A stretch of 64,000 nucleotides of DNA, taken from assembly GCA_017555825.1 (NCBI GenBank), contig JAFZFQ010000061.1, positions 9,534 through 73,533 on the forward strand, given 5' to 3'. Origin of the DNA: Bacteroidaceae bacterium (lineage in GTDB: Bacteria; Bacteroidota; Bacteroidia; Bacteroidales; Barnesiellaceae_A). Below the pieces are notes generated by a model. That model was not told the DNA's origin. It saw nothing but the letters and a program-made list of their open reading frames with translations, and did not search any database. Shown here piece by piece: positions 21,902 to 32,143 of this stretch; position 1 is the first letter of the stretch, and the number at the start of each line of letters is the position of its first letter. The position numbers and the translations under genes were made by a program.

Positions 21902-23839
21902 ATGGATAAAAACACAATCATTGGATTTGTATTGATGATTGCGGTTGTGATAGGCTTCTCATGGTTTACACAACCCTCGGCCGAGGAGATTGCCGCGCAA
22001 CAACGATACAATGACTCTATCGCTGCCGTTGAGGCAGCTCAGGCCCTTGAAATAGCTGCATGGCAAGAGCAAGCCGATGCTCAAGCTCAAGCTGCTATGG
22101 CCCATGTAGAAGTAGATAGCATCACCGCCGACTCGTTGCGCAAGGCCGAGCTCTTTGCTCAATATGGCGCCTTTGCAACTGTTGCCGATGGTCAAGAGCA
22201 AATAATCAAGCTCGAAAACAACCTCGTTGCTCTCGAGTTCTCGACAAGAGGTGGTTACTTGCGCAAGGCTACGCTTAAAGATTACAAAAACTACACCGGC
22301 AAGGATACCACCAATGTGGTACTCTTCCAAGATAACGACAACCGCTACGGTTTCATTTTCAAAACAGGAGCGCGCGTTATCGACACCCAAAGCCTCTACT
22401 TCACTCCCACTGCTACCGATAGCACTCTCGACATGACCCTCAACCTTGCAGGTGGTGCCATGTGGAATGTGCGCTATACGCTGCCTCAAGACAGCTATCG
22501 TGTGGAAATGCTTGTCACTCAAAATGGCATGGAGAAGGTTATACCCCAAAACATTGTTAACCTCGACATGTATTGGGATCTCAAAATGCCTCGTCAAGAA
22601 AAGGGTCGCATGTTTGAGCAAACCAACAGTGCACTCTACTACAAGCACGTAGGTGACGATGTTGACAAGCTCTCGGAGAAAGGCAACAAAGACAAGTATG
22701 TGAAGACAAGCCTCAAATGGATTGGCTACAAAGACCAATTCTTCACATCGGCTTTCATTGCCAATGACAACTTCAATGAGGCATTCCTCGTGAGCGAAGA
22801 CCTTGAGAAAGATCCTGTCTACCTCAAGAAATTCCACAGCGAGACACTCATCGATTACACATCGGCAGCCAATCACGTGGCCGACTTCTCAATCTTCTTG
22901 GGTCCCAACGACTATAAGCTCTTCCGCTCATACGACAAGGGTCTTGATAAAGAAGATCGTCTCGACCTCGATCGCGTAATACCCCTTGGTTGGCCCCTCT
23001 TCCGTTGGATCAACACGCTTATCATCATCAATGTGTTCGACTTCCTCGGCAAGTTCTGTAGCAACTATGGTCTCATCATCTTCTTGCTCACCATCTTCAT
23101 CAAGCTCATCTTGTTCCCCTTCACTTACAAGTCGTACAAGTCGCAAGCCAAGATGCGTGTGTTGCAACCTCAAATGCAAGCTCTTAACGAGAAGTATCCC
23201 AACCCCGAGGATGCAATGAAGAAGCAAAACGCCATGATGGAGCTCTACAGCAAAGCCGGTGTCAACCCCATGGGTGGATGCTTGCCTATGTTGTTGCAAA
23301 TGCCCATCCTCGTGGCTATGTTCTCGTTCTTCCCCTCGTCGATTGAGTTGCGTGGTGAGTCGTTCTTGTGGGCCAAAGACCTTTCGTCTTACGATGCCAT
23401 AGTAGAGTGGGATACCTACATCCCCCTTATCAGCAGCACGTTTGGCAACCACATCAGTCTCTTCTGCCTCCTCATGACCATTACCAACATACTCTATACC
23501 AAGGTAACTATGGATCAGAGCGGACAGAACAGCATGCCCGGTATGAAGTGGATGATGTACCTCATGCCTCTCATGTTCATGTTCATCTTCAACAACTATG
23601 CAGCAGGTCTTAGCTACTACTACTTCCTCTCGTTGTTGATTACTATTATACAAACTTGGGCATTCCGCAAGTTTGTCGATGAGAAGAAAGTATTGGCACA
23701 AATGGAGGCTAACGCCAAGAAACCCCGTAAGAAAAGTGGCTTTATGGCTCGTCTCGAAGAGGCACAACGCCAACAAGAGGCACTCTTGCGCGAGCAACGC
23801 AAGCAACAAGCCAAGCACAACGGCAAAGGCCGACAATAA
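21902..23839 (+). CDS. yidC: Membrane protein insertase YidC
   Basis: 645 aa. N-terminal TM helix, a large periplasmic domain, and a C-terminal Oxa1 core (NPMGGCLPMLLQMPILVAMF) with a basic tail. Confidence 0.92.
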   Translation: MDKNTIIGFVLMIAVVIGFSWFTQPSAEEIAAQQRYNDSIAAVEAAQALEIAAWQEQADAQAQAAMAHVEVDSITADSLRKAELFAQYGAFATVADGQEQIIKLENNLVALEFSTRGGYLRKATLKDYKNYTGKDTTNVVLFQDNDNRYGFIFKTGARVIDTQSLYFTPTATDSTLDMTLNLAGGAMWNVRYTLPQDSYRVEMLVTQNGMEKVIPQNIVNLDMYWDLKMPRQEKGRMFEQTNSALYYKHVGDDVDKLSEKGNKDKYVKTSLKWIGYKDQFFTSAFIANDNFNEAFLVSEDLEKDPVYLKKFHSETLIDYTSAANHVADFSIFLGPNDYKLFRSYDKGLDKEDRLDLDRVIPLGWPLFRWINTLIIINVFDFLGKFCSNYGLIIFLLTIFIKLILFPFTYKSYKSQAKMRVLQPQMQALNEKYPNPEDAMKKQNAMMELYSKAGVNPMGGCLPMLLQMPILVAMFSFFPSSIELRGESFLWAKDLSSYDAIVEWDTYIPLISSTFGNHISLFCLLMTITNILYTKVTMDQSGQNSMPGMKWMMYLMPLMFMFIFNNYAAGLSYYYFLSLLITIIQTWAFRKFVDEKKVLAQMEANAKKPRKKSGFMARLEEAQRQQEALLREQRKQQAKHNGKGRQ

Positions 23840-23893
23840 TTCATGCCGCCCCTTCTGTGGAAGTAAATAATAATGCGCAAGTTGCGCAGATAA

Positions 23894-23931
23894 GAAAAGG
23901 ACGCACCGACGAGTGCGTCCTTTTCTTTTTT
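23894..23931. terminator. Bidirectional terminator between yidC and the convergent OMP gene
   Basis: A 13-bp stem, GAAAAGGACGCAC with GTGCGTCCTTTTC, followed by a T-run on the + strand and a T-rich tail on the - strand. Confidence 0.75.
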
Positions 23932-23996
23932 ACTCACGTAGAGGTAGAAGTTAGTCTCTATTGCATGCCCTACTCGGACTGAGGGCGGGGTTGTAC

Positions 23997-24623
23997 TCAG
24001 AACGATAGACCGAGGCGGAAGCCTATATTGTTGTAGCCATCGATGTTGTAGGTGAGCACGTGGCTGTGGTTGGTAGAGTAGCTATAGTAGAGAGCCAAGT
24101 GCAGGCCTACGCGCGTGGTGGGCATAGGAAAGAGGTTGAGTCCTATCTCGGGCTGTACGTTGAATCCCCAGCGATCCTGGTAGTAGGTGTAGACTTGGGT
24201 GTCGGACTCCATGCGTATGTAGGAGGCTCCAAGTTTCACGCCGATGTAGGGCTCGAACATCTTGTCGGTGGTAAATCGCCATCGCGTCGCGACACCGAAG
24301 GGTACTTGATAGATGGAGTGTTGCTGGTCGGTGTAGAGACTCTCGGTGTCGCTCAGGTGTAGCACTTGCTCGCCTATGTACTTGTTGTTGGTGTGGTACG
24401 AGACGTATAGTCCGAGCGACATGTTGGGTATGACGTAGTATCCGCCTTCAAATGCCATACCCCATCCGCTTGCCACGTTGGCATAGTCGTTGCTTACAGG
24501 AGCGTTAAATTGCCAATCGGCGGTGAAGTATCCACCATTGATGAGTTGAGCATTGGTTGCTGTGGGCAGGCTCATAGCCGATAGTAGGAGTAATGAGCCT
24601 AATAAATGTTTTATCTTTTTCAT
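23997..24623 (-). CDS. Small outer-membrane beta-barrel protein; cassette copy 2, gene B
   Basis: Signal peptide ending in NAQ. Shares blocks with 15025..15657: DWQFNAP, ANVASGWGM, FEGGYYV, MFEPY, WGFNVQPE, NNIGF.LG.SF. Confidence 0.65.
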   Translation of the reverse strand: MKKIKHLLGSLLLLSAMSLPTATNAQLINGGYFTADWQFNAPVSNDYANVASGWGMAFEGGYYVIPNMSLGLYVSYHTNNKYIGEQVLHLSDTESLYTDQQHSIYQVPFGVATRWRFTTDKMFEPYIGVKLGASYIRMESDTQVYTYYQDRWGFNVQPEIGLNLFPMPTTRVGLHLALYYSYSTNHSHVLTYNIDGYNNIGFRLGLSF

Positions 24624-24659
24624 AATTGTATGTTTTAGGGGGATATTGGGTGTGTTGTG

Positions 24660-25316
24660 TTATTGGGCGCTCGACTGCAAGTAGGGCGATTGCTCAAAAG
24701 CCTGGTATATGCCCGACACGGTGCGGTTGATGTTGATTTGGTTGCTCGACAGTATACCGGCCATATAGGCGGTCCATATAACGGGTATCTTCTTTGTAGA
24801 GGGGTTGGCATCTTCGAGTGCTATCATCTCTATAATCAGCGAGCCAATGGTGTAGGTGTAACTTATAGGATAGGCGTATGAGGGACCCCAACCCATCCAA
24901 TAGGGGTTCCAATAACTGCCCGGCCAATAGTAGTCGTAGCCATACCACCAATAGGGGTTGGCAGAGGCGTATGAGATGATGGTGTTGGTGTCTTTTACAT
25001 AGCTCACCTGCAAGCCTACGTCGGCATCGGCGTTGTCATTTACTTCGGTATATCCGCGTGTCTTCATCTCGCTGTTTATAGCTCCAATGATGGCTGTTGT
25101 GCGCGGGTCGTTGGCTGCAAAGTAGGTGGGTTTGCTCTTGTCGTCAAGCACAAGAATACTGTCGGGGATGGCATAGGTGAGGTACTTGCCGAAGTTGGCT
25201 CCCTTGTCGTGGCTGGTATATACGATAAGGTCGCTCGACAGTTCGTTGAGGTCGGGGTCTTTCTGGCAGGCCACAAATGCCATTGCCAAGAGTAGAATGG
25301 GAATTGCCTTTTTCAT
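24660..25316 (-). CDS. Aromatic-rich lipoprotein, DUF4136-like; cassette copy 2, gene A
   Basis: Lipobox LLLAMAFVAC, reading from the ATG at 25316. Shares blocks with 14353..15000: CQK.PD, IPDS.L.LD, ADAD.G, PYWWY, GIYQAFEQSPY. Confidence 0.6.
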   Translation of the reverse strand: MKKAIPILLLAMAFVACQKDPDLNELSSDLIVYTSHDKGANFGKYLTYAIPDSILVLDDKSKPTYFAANDPRTTAIIGAINSEMKTRGYTEVNDNADADVGLQVSYVKDTNTIISYASANPYWWYGYDYYWPGSYWNPYWMGWGPSYAYPISYTYTIGSLIIEMIALEDANPSTKKIPVIWTAYMAGILSSNQININRTVSGIYQAFEQSPYLQSSAQ

Positions 25317-25483
25317 AACACTGTTTTTAAGGTTTTTGAGACGTAAATTGTGTGGCAACAGTACCTTGTGGGTTGTTGCGGTATAAAGAAAACAATACAG
25401 AGGAGTCAAAAGTTTTTGTTGCAGTGGAGTATTGTGTCGAGTAAAAAGAGAGTGGTCGATGGTGTGTATTGTCCAAATTTTTT

Positions 25484-25491
25484 TACCTTTG
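25484..25491 (+). promoter_or_regulatory. -7 promoter box (TAccTTTG)
   Basis: TAnnTTTG match 16 nt upstream of the ATG at 25508. It lies inside the TTG-extended ORF from the track, which supports the shorter gene model. Confidence 0.5.
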
Positions 25492-25507
25492 TAAAAATTT
25501 AGTGACG

Positions 25508-26599
25508 ATGAAGAAACGTATAGCTTGGATTACAGCAGACTATTTTGTGGATGTGGATATACCCATAGTTCCGTATCTTGCCGAGGAATATGAAGTGGAG
25601 TGGTATATCATCCAAGGATTTGATGGTAAAATTGCCGTTCCTGAGATTACGGCCAATTGCAAGATATACAAGAGACGTATACCCTACCGTCGTCGCAACC
25701 CCAAGTGTATAGCGTTCTATGCCGATATAGCCAAGCAGATAAAGGCCTTTGCCCCCGATGTAATATATGTAGATGCCATGGAGGTTCCCTACATGTATCC
25801 GGTGCTCGACTTTTACTTGCCCACTACCAAGATGGTGCATGCAACACACAATGTGAAGTCGTATGAGGGCTGGCACAATCGTCGTCTGTCGCAACTTTAT
25901 CTGTCGTATGTATTTACTCGCCACAAGCACTTCCACCTTTTCTCGCAACATGCGCGAGCTGAGTTTGAGGCTATGTATCGAGGCAAGAATATCATGTATA
26001 CCCCCTTGTCGCTCAAAGACTATGGCGCTCCTACAACCGGAGTGAAGCCCGTAGAGGGTAAGGTGAGCTATCTTTTCTTTGGCAATGTGCGTCAGAACAA
26101 GCGTCTCGATGTGATGTTGCAAGCCTTTGCCAAGTTGCCCGCCGAGTTGCAAAGCAGTATACATTTGTCGGTATTGGGCTCGTGTGAGAATGTGGCCTAT
26201 TACCAAGAGATGGTCGATAAGTTGTCGTGCTCGGTTACTTTTATTCCCGATCGTATAGCCGACGAGGATGTGGCCGATATATTTGCACGTCATCACTACC
26301 TGGTATTGCCCTATGAAAATGTGACACAAAGTGGCCCGCACATGATAGCCTACAACTACGGTATGCCTGTGATAGCTACTCGTATAGAAGGTTTTACAGA
26401 GCATGTTACCGATGGCGTAGATGGTTACTTGTTTGAGGTAAACAATATAGATAGCCTTGCCGATGTGTTGAAAAAAACAATCATGCTATCGCAAGACGAG
26501 TATGCTACGTTGTGCCAAAATCTGAGCCAAACAATAGCCCGCAAGTATTCGTCGGAGAGTATATTGGGCGAGTATAAACGCTTTTTTGAGACGATATGA
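25508..26599 (+). CDS. Glycosyltransferase, GT4-like (GT-B fold)
   Basis: The C-terminal half has the typical GT4 pattern: FFGNVRQNKR, LPYENVTQSGPHMIAYNYGMPVIATRIEGFTEHV, DGYLF. Confidence 0.75.
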   Translation: MKKRIAWITADYFVDVDIPIVPYLAEEYEVEWYIIQGFDGKIAVPEITANCKIYKRRIPYRRRNPKCIAFYADIAKQIKAFAPDVIYVDAMEVPYMYPVLDFYLPTTKMVHATHNVKSYEGWHNRRLSQLYLSYVFTRHKHFHLFSQHARAEFEAMYRGKNIMYTPLSLKDYGAPTTGVKPVEGKVSYLFFGNVRQNKRLDVMLQAFAKLPAELQSSIHLSVLGSCENVAYYQEMVDKLSCSVTFIPDRIADEDVADIFARHHYLVLPYENVTQSGPHMIAYNYGMPVIATRIEGFTEHVTDGVDGYLFEVNNIDSLADVLKKTIMLSQDEYATLCQNLSQTIARKYSSESILGEYKRFFETI

Positions 26600-27585
26600 A
26601 ACTGAAAGATAGAGTGCGCCTCTTTATACGCCACAACCGGGTGATATTGCTGTTGCGCTTGATGATCGAGTCGCTCATCGAGGCCTGGGAGCAGAGCAAG
26701 CACCTGGGCGCATCGCGCATGCTGAACGACGAGGTGAAGTTTGCCGCCGACCTCTGTATCCGTGCACATGCCATAGAGAAGGGCATGTCGATAGGCTCTG
26801 TGCGTGTAGGTTTTGGCGTTCCCAAGCTATTGTCGCTGATAGACGACCTCATGCTATATGTGAGTCGTTTTCCCAAGGCATCTATTGATGAATATGTTGC
26901 CATTATAGAGAGTTATATATCCTTCAATCGAGAGCATGGATGTGCTGTAGAGGCTGTAGAGGCGCGTTATGAGGTGCTTAAAAGGATGTATACATGCCGT
27001 GCAACCCTGCAAGCCGGTGTTGCCATGAAAAATAGAAAAGAGACACTTGAAGCCACTGCCGCGTCGTTCGACATCTTCTCGCACAGTCGCTGTTCGGTAC
27101 GAGACTTCGATACGCAGGTGGTTGTAGATATCGATGAGGTAATAGCCGCTGTAGATATTGCCCGTAAGACCCCCTCGGCATGTAATCGCCAATCGGCACA
27201 CGCACACATATATCAAGGTGCCAAGGCTCACGAATTGCTCGACTTTCAGGGAGGTTGTAATGGTTTTGGCCATGATATGCAGTATGCCCTGCTTGTGACC
27301 GCCGACATGCGCAATTACTTTATCAACGAGCGCCATCAGATGTATGTCGATGGTGGCTTGTTTGCTATGGATTTACTCCTGTCGTTGCATCACAAAGGAG
27401 TGGCAACCATACCTTTGACCACTGCCTACAAGAGTGGTCGCACACGAGAACTGAAACGCCGATTTGGTATTGCTCCGCATGAAGTGCCTGTGATGATAAT
27501 AGGCGTTGGCGCCTACAAGGAGTCGTACAAAGTCGCTGTATCGCACCGCAACCCCGTAGAATCTTATTATACATTACACCGTTAG
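26596..27585 (+). CDS. Nitroreductase-family protein with a ~150-aa N-terminal extension
   Basis: The C-terminal domain has RCSVRDF and TPSACNRQSAHAHIY nitroreductase-type motifs. ATGA overlap with the upstream GT gene. Confidence 0.65.
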   Translation: MKLKDRVRLFIRHNRVILLLRLMIESLIEAWEQSKHLGASRMLNDEVKFAADLCIRAHAIEKGMSIGSVRVGFGVPKLLSLIDDLMLYVSRFPKASIDEYVAIIESYISFNREHGCAVEAVEARYEVLKRMYTCRATLQAGVAMKNRKETLEATAASFDIFSHSRCSVRDFDTQVVVDIDEVIAAVDIARKTPSACNRQSAHAHIYQGAKAHELLDFQGGCNGFGHDMQYALLVTADMRNYFINERHQMYVDGGLFAMDLLLSLHHKGVATIPLTTAYKSGRTRELKRRFGIAPHEVPVMIIGVGAYKESYKVAVSHRNPVESYYTLHR

Positions 27586-28724
27586 TCGGTTATACAACTG
27601 TTGAGAAAATCGGTGTATGCTTGAGCGCAAGATTGTAACTTGTGTTCGATAGCCTCTTTGTGGCTGTCGAACGATGCGAGTATTGCCTCAATGCGTTGAA
27701 TAAAGCAGGCTGCGTTGAGTTGAGACGGGTTGTCAATGATATGTTGCGGGTATAGGTCGAACTCTTCTATCAGCGACGAACACTTCGAGTTACCCAACGT
27801 AGTCGTGTATGAGCTGTCGGATACGTATGTAAGAGGTGCAATACCGTTTTTGAGCGCAAATATCGTATCGTGGAAGCGGTGGGTAACGATGAGGCTGAAG
27901 TATCGGTATACGCCCAACTGTTCGAGAGGCGATAGGCCATTGAGTGCTATGTCGGCCCAAGGAGCCGGTCGTAGCGATACAATTGTGTAACCCTGAGTCT
28001 TGAAGTAGTGTGCTACTTCCTTGCACCATGTATCGGTGCGGTAGGTGTGAAAACAGATGCTACGCTTCGGTATGGTGATGTTGTTTTTGCGCAGGTACTG
28101 TTCTATGTGGCTATAGTCTATGGGTAGCGAGAAGGTGGGGTCGGGAATTGTCGCGATACGCTTGCTATCTACAAAGTGCGATAGTAGGTTGTATGTGGTA
28201 ATATCTCTGATACCCATTGCGGTAAATCCCTCTATCGAAGCCCTGAGTTTTTCTATCTGCGACTTGGTGAGGGTGTTGTACTCGGTGTTCTTGCATGAAG
28301 CCGCCAATAGCACCTTGCGAGCTTTGATGTCGGGCGATAGCCAATAGGCCGAAATGTCATTGCTGCCTTGTGGTAGACGGTCGAGTTCGAGCAAAGTATC
28401 GGCTCCTATGTAAATGACGTCGTAGTTGCGATTCTTTATAAATTGTAGCGCTGCATCGATGTCTGTGATGACCTTTGCATCGGTTACACCCAAGTGCATG
28501 CGCTTGAAGCGACTGTATTGCTGCATGCGTCGCCAATCGTGTAGAAGCGATATGGGTGTAGCACTTGACAAGTAGGGCTTACGGGGTGGACGGAAACCAT
28601 GAAAAGGTATTACCTCGACATGGTCGTCGGGGTGACGTCGTTGCACAGCCAAGAGTGTGGCATATGCCTGTAGATTGGTACCACAGTTGAGGTCGCCGTA
28701 GTATGTGAGTATACCTATTTTCAT
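27582..28724 (-). CDS. Polysaccharide pyruvyl transferase family protein
   Basis: The N-terminus MKIGILTYYGDLNCGTNLQAYA is typical of the PS_pyruv_trans family. 380 aa. Confidence 0.75.
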   Translation of the reverse strand: MKIGILTYYGDLNCGTNLQAYATLLAVQRRHPDDHVEVIPFHGFRPPRKPYLSSATPISLLHDWRRMQQYSRFKRMHLGVTDAKVITDIDAALQFIKNRNYDVIYIGADTLLELDRLPQGSNDISAYWLSPDIKARKVLLAASCKNTEYNTLTKSQIEKLRASIEGFTAMGIRDITTYNLLSHFVDSKRIATIPDPTFSLPIDYSHIEQYLRKNNITIPKRSICFHTYRTDTWCKEVAHYFKTQGYTIVSLRPAPWADIALNGLSPLEQLGVYRYFSLIVTHRFHDTIFALKNGIAPLTYVSDSSYTTTLGNSKCSSLIEEFDLYPQHIIDNPSQLNAACFIQRIEAILASFDSHKEAIEHKLQSCAQAYTDFLNSCITD

Positions 28725-28733
28725 GTTTCAGTA

Positions 28734-29483
28734 TCAGTTGAAAGGGTTGCGATAGCAACCTATCAGTTGCTTGAAGTAGTGGACAAAAAATTGCGGATCG
28801 CGCACGAAGTAGCGCTTGAATAGGCGCTTGGGTTCATTGAGGAAACGGTAGAACCATTCCATGTGAAGTTTTTGCCACATTTTCGGTGCACGCTTCAGGG
28901 TCTTGGCTTCAAAGTCTATTGTAGCACCCAAGGCCATGAATATCTTTACCTGAGGCATGTGCTTGCGATAGCGGTGTATCCAGCACTCCTGTTTGGGAGC
29001 TCCCACGCCTACTACCAATACAGTAGCACCCGAGCGATTTACAATATCGACCAGCTCCATGCACTCCTTCTCGTTTTTTTCAAAGCCAAAAGAGGGCGAG
29101 TGAGCACCAACAACAATCTCACGTCCCATAGCGGTATTTATCTCTTTTTGAGCTTTGAGTGCTATACCCTCGGCGGCTCCTAAGAGAAAAATTTTGCAAT
29201 CGGGGTTGTTGCGGTGATAGTTGTAAAATGCTGGAAAAAAGCTCGAACCGGGTATTGCCTCGGGAATTCTCTTTTTCAACAATCTTGAGAAGAGCTGTAA
29301 GATGCGACTGTCGCATACTATCCATTCGGCTTCTTGATAGGCATCGTAGAGCAACTTGTTCTTTTGCAATTCTACAAGATGGTCAACATTGGGAGTGTAT
29401 AGAACACCCTCGTTCATGTTGCGTAGTAACTCGTCTTGTGTGATGCACTGTATGTTTATATTGAGTAAACGGGTAGTTTCCAT
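28734..29483 (-). CDS. WecB/TagA/CpsF-family glycosyltransferase (GT26)
   Basis: Contains TPNVDHLV, LLGAAEG, VGVGAPKQECWI and the PKRLFKRYF tail, all characteristic of GT26. Confidence 0.8.
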   Translation of the reverse strand: METTRLLNINIQCITQDELLRNMNEGVLYTPNVDHLVELQKNKLLYDAYQEAEWIVCDSRILQLFSRLLKKRIPEAIPGSSFFPAFYNYHRNNPDCKIFLLGAAEGIALKAQKEINTAMGREIVVGAHSPSFGFEKNEKECMELVDIVNRSGATVLVVGVGAPKQECWIHRYRKHMPQVKIFMALGATIDFEAKTLKRAPKMWQKLHMEWFYRFLNEPKRLFKRYFVRDPQFFVHYFKQLIGCYRNPFN

Positions 29484-30569
29484 TTATTGCTTATTAAGTA
29501 GGTTGTTATACACATCGCGCAGGCTTCCCATAACACTCTCGGGGAAGTATGGTTGCGCTATCTTGTAGCTTTCCTCGCCATATTGTGGTATGAGGTCTCT
29601 ATTTTCTACGAAGTATCGCAGCGCAGCGGCTATCTCGTCGTGATGTCCGGGTTGTACCATTATGCCGTTGTGGTGGTGATGCACAACCTCGGGTATGCCA
29701 CCCACAGGGGTAGAGATAATGGGCATGCGATAGCTCATGGCCTCAAGTATGCCTATGGGTAGGCCCTCATTGAATGATGGCAGGATATAGATGTGTGCCC
29801 ATTCGAGGCATTCGGTCTTTTTATCTCCCGACACCCAGCCCAGGAAGGTGACAAAATCGTTAAGCTTGTGGTCGCGGATAAAGGCTTGCAACTTCTCCTC
29901 TTCAAGATTGCCTCCTATACGCAGTTCTATGCGATCGGCAAAATAGTCGCGCTCGTTGGCAATGGCTTGCAGCAGGTCGTAGACGCCCTTGCGCTTGCCT
30001 ATTTCGCCCAAGAAAAGTAGCCTTATCTTGCCATCGGTAGGGCGTTGTGTGGGCTCCTGAGGTGGTGTGACGATGTTGTTGAGGATGACAATCTTGCCGG
30101 CATCGATACCTATCGAAGTGAAATACTCTTTCCACCATTGCGACAATACGATGAGCCGGTCGCAGTTGTTGATGGTCTGTGTAATCCATGCTTTATTCTT
30201 GTGATTGTCGTAGTACTCGACAAAGTCGCAGGCATGCTGGTGCATGATGACCTTCTTGCCAAAGAATCGGGCAATATTGACAAACACCGCCTTGCGTGCA
30301 AATGATGCGTTGGCAGCACCTTGTATATGCACAATCTTTATTTTTCGGTTGAAAAGTAGTGCGATGGTAAATTGTAGTATTGAGCTGAGTGCATACCAAG
30401 CCTTGACGGGCATTGATGCCAGCTTCCAAGAGGTGATGTACTGGAGCTTGTCGATGTATTGGTAGTAGGAGTTGATAACGGCTGCCATTCCTCCGGGCGT
30501 GTCGCGCTTTACGCCCACCATTATCACTTGTTGTGATATTTCTGTGGGTATGAGGGTGTTGTATGCCAT
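29484..30569 (-). CDS. Glycosyltransferase, GT4 family
   Basis: Contains the LPSFNEGLPIGILEAMSYRMPIISTPVGGIPEVV motif (EX7E region). Its stop abuts the start of the GT26 gene. Confidence 0.8.
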   Translation of the reverse strand: MAYNTLIPTEISQQVIMVGVKRDTPGGMAAVINSYYQYIDKLQYITSWKLASMPVKAWYALSSILQFTIALLFNRKIKIVHIQGAANASFARKAVFVNIARFFGKKVIMHQHACDFVEYYDNHKNKAWITQTINNCDRLIVLSQWWKEYFTSIGIDAGKIVILNNIVTPPQEPTQRPTDGKIRLLFLGEIGKRKGVYDLLQAIANERDYFADRIELRIGGNLEEEKLQAFIRDHKLNDFVTFLGWVSGDKKTECLEWAHIYILPSFNEGLPIGILEAMSYRMPIISTPVGGIPEVVHHHHNGIMVQPGHHDEIAAALRYFVENRDLIPQYGEESYKIAQPYFPESVMGSLRDVYNNLLNKQ

Positions 30570-30640
30570 GGCTGTCGGTTTGTTATATTGTTCTTACTTC
30601 CTATGTGTCGTGTGCATATATTATACACAAAGTCAATATA

Positions 30641-30648
30641 CAAACTTA
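30641..30648 (-). promoter_or_regulatory. -7 promoter box (TAagTTTG on the minus strand) for the GT4-GT26-pyruvyl transferase unit
   Basis: The + strand reads CAAACTTA. It lies downstream of a wzy-proximal hairpin (TTGGAG/CTCCAA at about 30694-30717). Confidence 0.35.
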
Positions 30649-30748
30649 ATCAATAAATTTGAAACTCTCAAAGAATTGCGAACAATAAAATAGCTTGGAG
30701 GCGATTTTTGTCTCCAATACTTATTGCAACAGGTATGATGGGGGTGTG

Positions 30749-32140
30749 TTATTGCTCGGGCTCTTTCTCCCATTTGTAATGGTCGACAGCCATGACAAAG
30801 AATACGAGAATCCAGATATTGCGCGTCAAAACGTTCACGGGAGCCCAGTCGGCCATACCGTGAATGAGAATGTAGCTGATGAGTGCTATGCCAAATAGCG
30901 ATATAATCTTGTAAGACTCGTTGTAGTCGCTACGCAATGTCGTTTTTATCTTGAGGAATTGACGTGCGATGTAGTAAACAATAGGTAGTGTACCCACGAT
31001 ACCCAACTCCGACAGGAGTATGAGCGGCACATTATGTATGGGGTTTGAGCCCATAAACTCCTCGGCGCGCCAGAAAATCTTGTCAATATCGCCAAACATG
31101 GCTCCGAACGATATGGTGCTACGGATGTATTCGAGGTGGGTGTTGAGGCCAAGACCAAACCATGGATACTCGTTTATGATTTCATATCCGCAATAATAGT
31201 GCATCATACGCGCCAGCATCATTTCGTCCATATTACTGCCTATGAAACTATCCTTGATAGGTGTGAGGAAGATGAGTGCAGTAGCCAATATGAGCATGGG
31301 TAGTATCATCGTGAAGAAGTTCTTGATGGTGAAGATTGAACTCTCACGTGTGCGGTATATGAGAACGAGTAGTATGGTAGTACCTATAGATGCGAGCAGG
31401 GCTGTGCGCGAAAAGGTGAATATAAGCACAAAGAACGCCATAAGACCAACGATGAGGCTTTTACGCTTGTTGTAGCCCATGAGGTAACAGATGGTGAAGA
31501 ATGCTAATGTCATGGCCATATAGCCACCCAAAGCATTGGGGTGGTTGAATGTACCCGGAGCACCGGGTCGCTCGGCGGCGCGTATCGACACACCCTCACG
31601 GAATAACGTCACTACCTGCGTTATACCCAAGATCGGATAGCATATAGCGAGCGCAAGTTGTAGTATGGTAGTGTATACCAAACCCTCGTATATGCCTCGC
31701 AACAAGGTGTCTATCTTGACACAGCTACATAGCATATAAAGGAATATCAAGTAGCATATAATTTGTACCAATGCGAGTATTGTAGAAGGCACAATGAGAT
31801 TGGCAGGGTTGCAAATGTTTATTGCGGCAAATGCAATGATAGCAAGGAGTGCATACCATGGTAACTTCATGAAGTTCCATTGCATACGTCTCGAAAGGAC
31901 TATCAAAAACACGGGTGTAATGAGCATGTATACCTCAAGACGGAATTTATATCCGAAGATGCCGTCGACATATTGGCGGTCGAGTTCAAAGAGAGGTAAT
32001 CCAAAGCCTATACAGTTGGTAAATATAAAGAATGAGATAAAAATCTCGCACCACTTGTCAAAAGTGAGTTCGCGCGAGTTGTGCAATATCTTGAACACAT
32101 ACACCAACACCGATATGAAGATAAATAGTATAGCTCCCAT
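30749..32140 (-). CDS. O-antigen polymerase/ligase-family membrane protein (Wzy-like)
   Basis: 463 aa, with at least 10 hydrophobic helices and a large loop (RAAERPGAPGTFNHPNALGGY) typical of Wzy_C/O-antigen ligase proteins. AT-rich gene. Confidence 0.6.
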   Translation of the reverse strand: MGAILFIFISVLVYVFKILHNSRELTFDKWCEIFISFFIFTNCIGFGLPLFELDRQYVDGIFGYKFRLEVYMLITPVFLIVLSRRMQWNFMKLPWYALLAIIAFAAINICNPANLIVPSTILALVQIICYLIFLYMLCSCVKIDTLLRGIYEGLVYTTILQLALAICYPILGITQVVTLFREGVSIRAAERPGAPGTFNHPNALGGYMAMTLAFFTICYLMGYNKRKSLIVGLMAFFVLIFTFSRTALLASIGTTILLVLIYRTRESSIFTIKNFFTMILPMLILATALIFLTPIKDSFIGSNMDEMMLARMMHYYCGYEIINEYPWFGLGLNTHLEYIRSTISFGAMFGDIDKIFWRAEEFMGSNPIHNVPLILLSELGIVGTLPIVYYIARQFLKIKTTLRSDYNESYKIISLFGIALISYILIHGMADWAPVNVLTRNIWILVFFVMAVDHYKWEKEPEQ

Positions 32141-32143
32141 ATC

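Noticed and set aside
30700-30725. Partial similarity of TGTCTCCAATACTTATTGC to the start of the 84-bp unit (ATCTCCAATATACTTTCGC)
   Set aside because: The match covers only about 12 nt. The palindrome and -7 box are missing, and the region is better explained as the wzy terminator hairpin.
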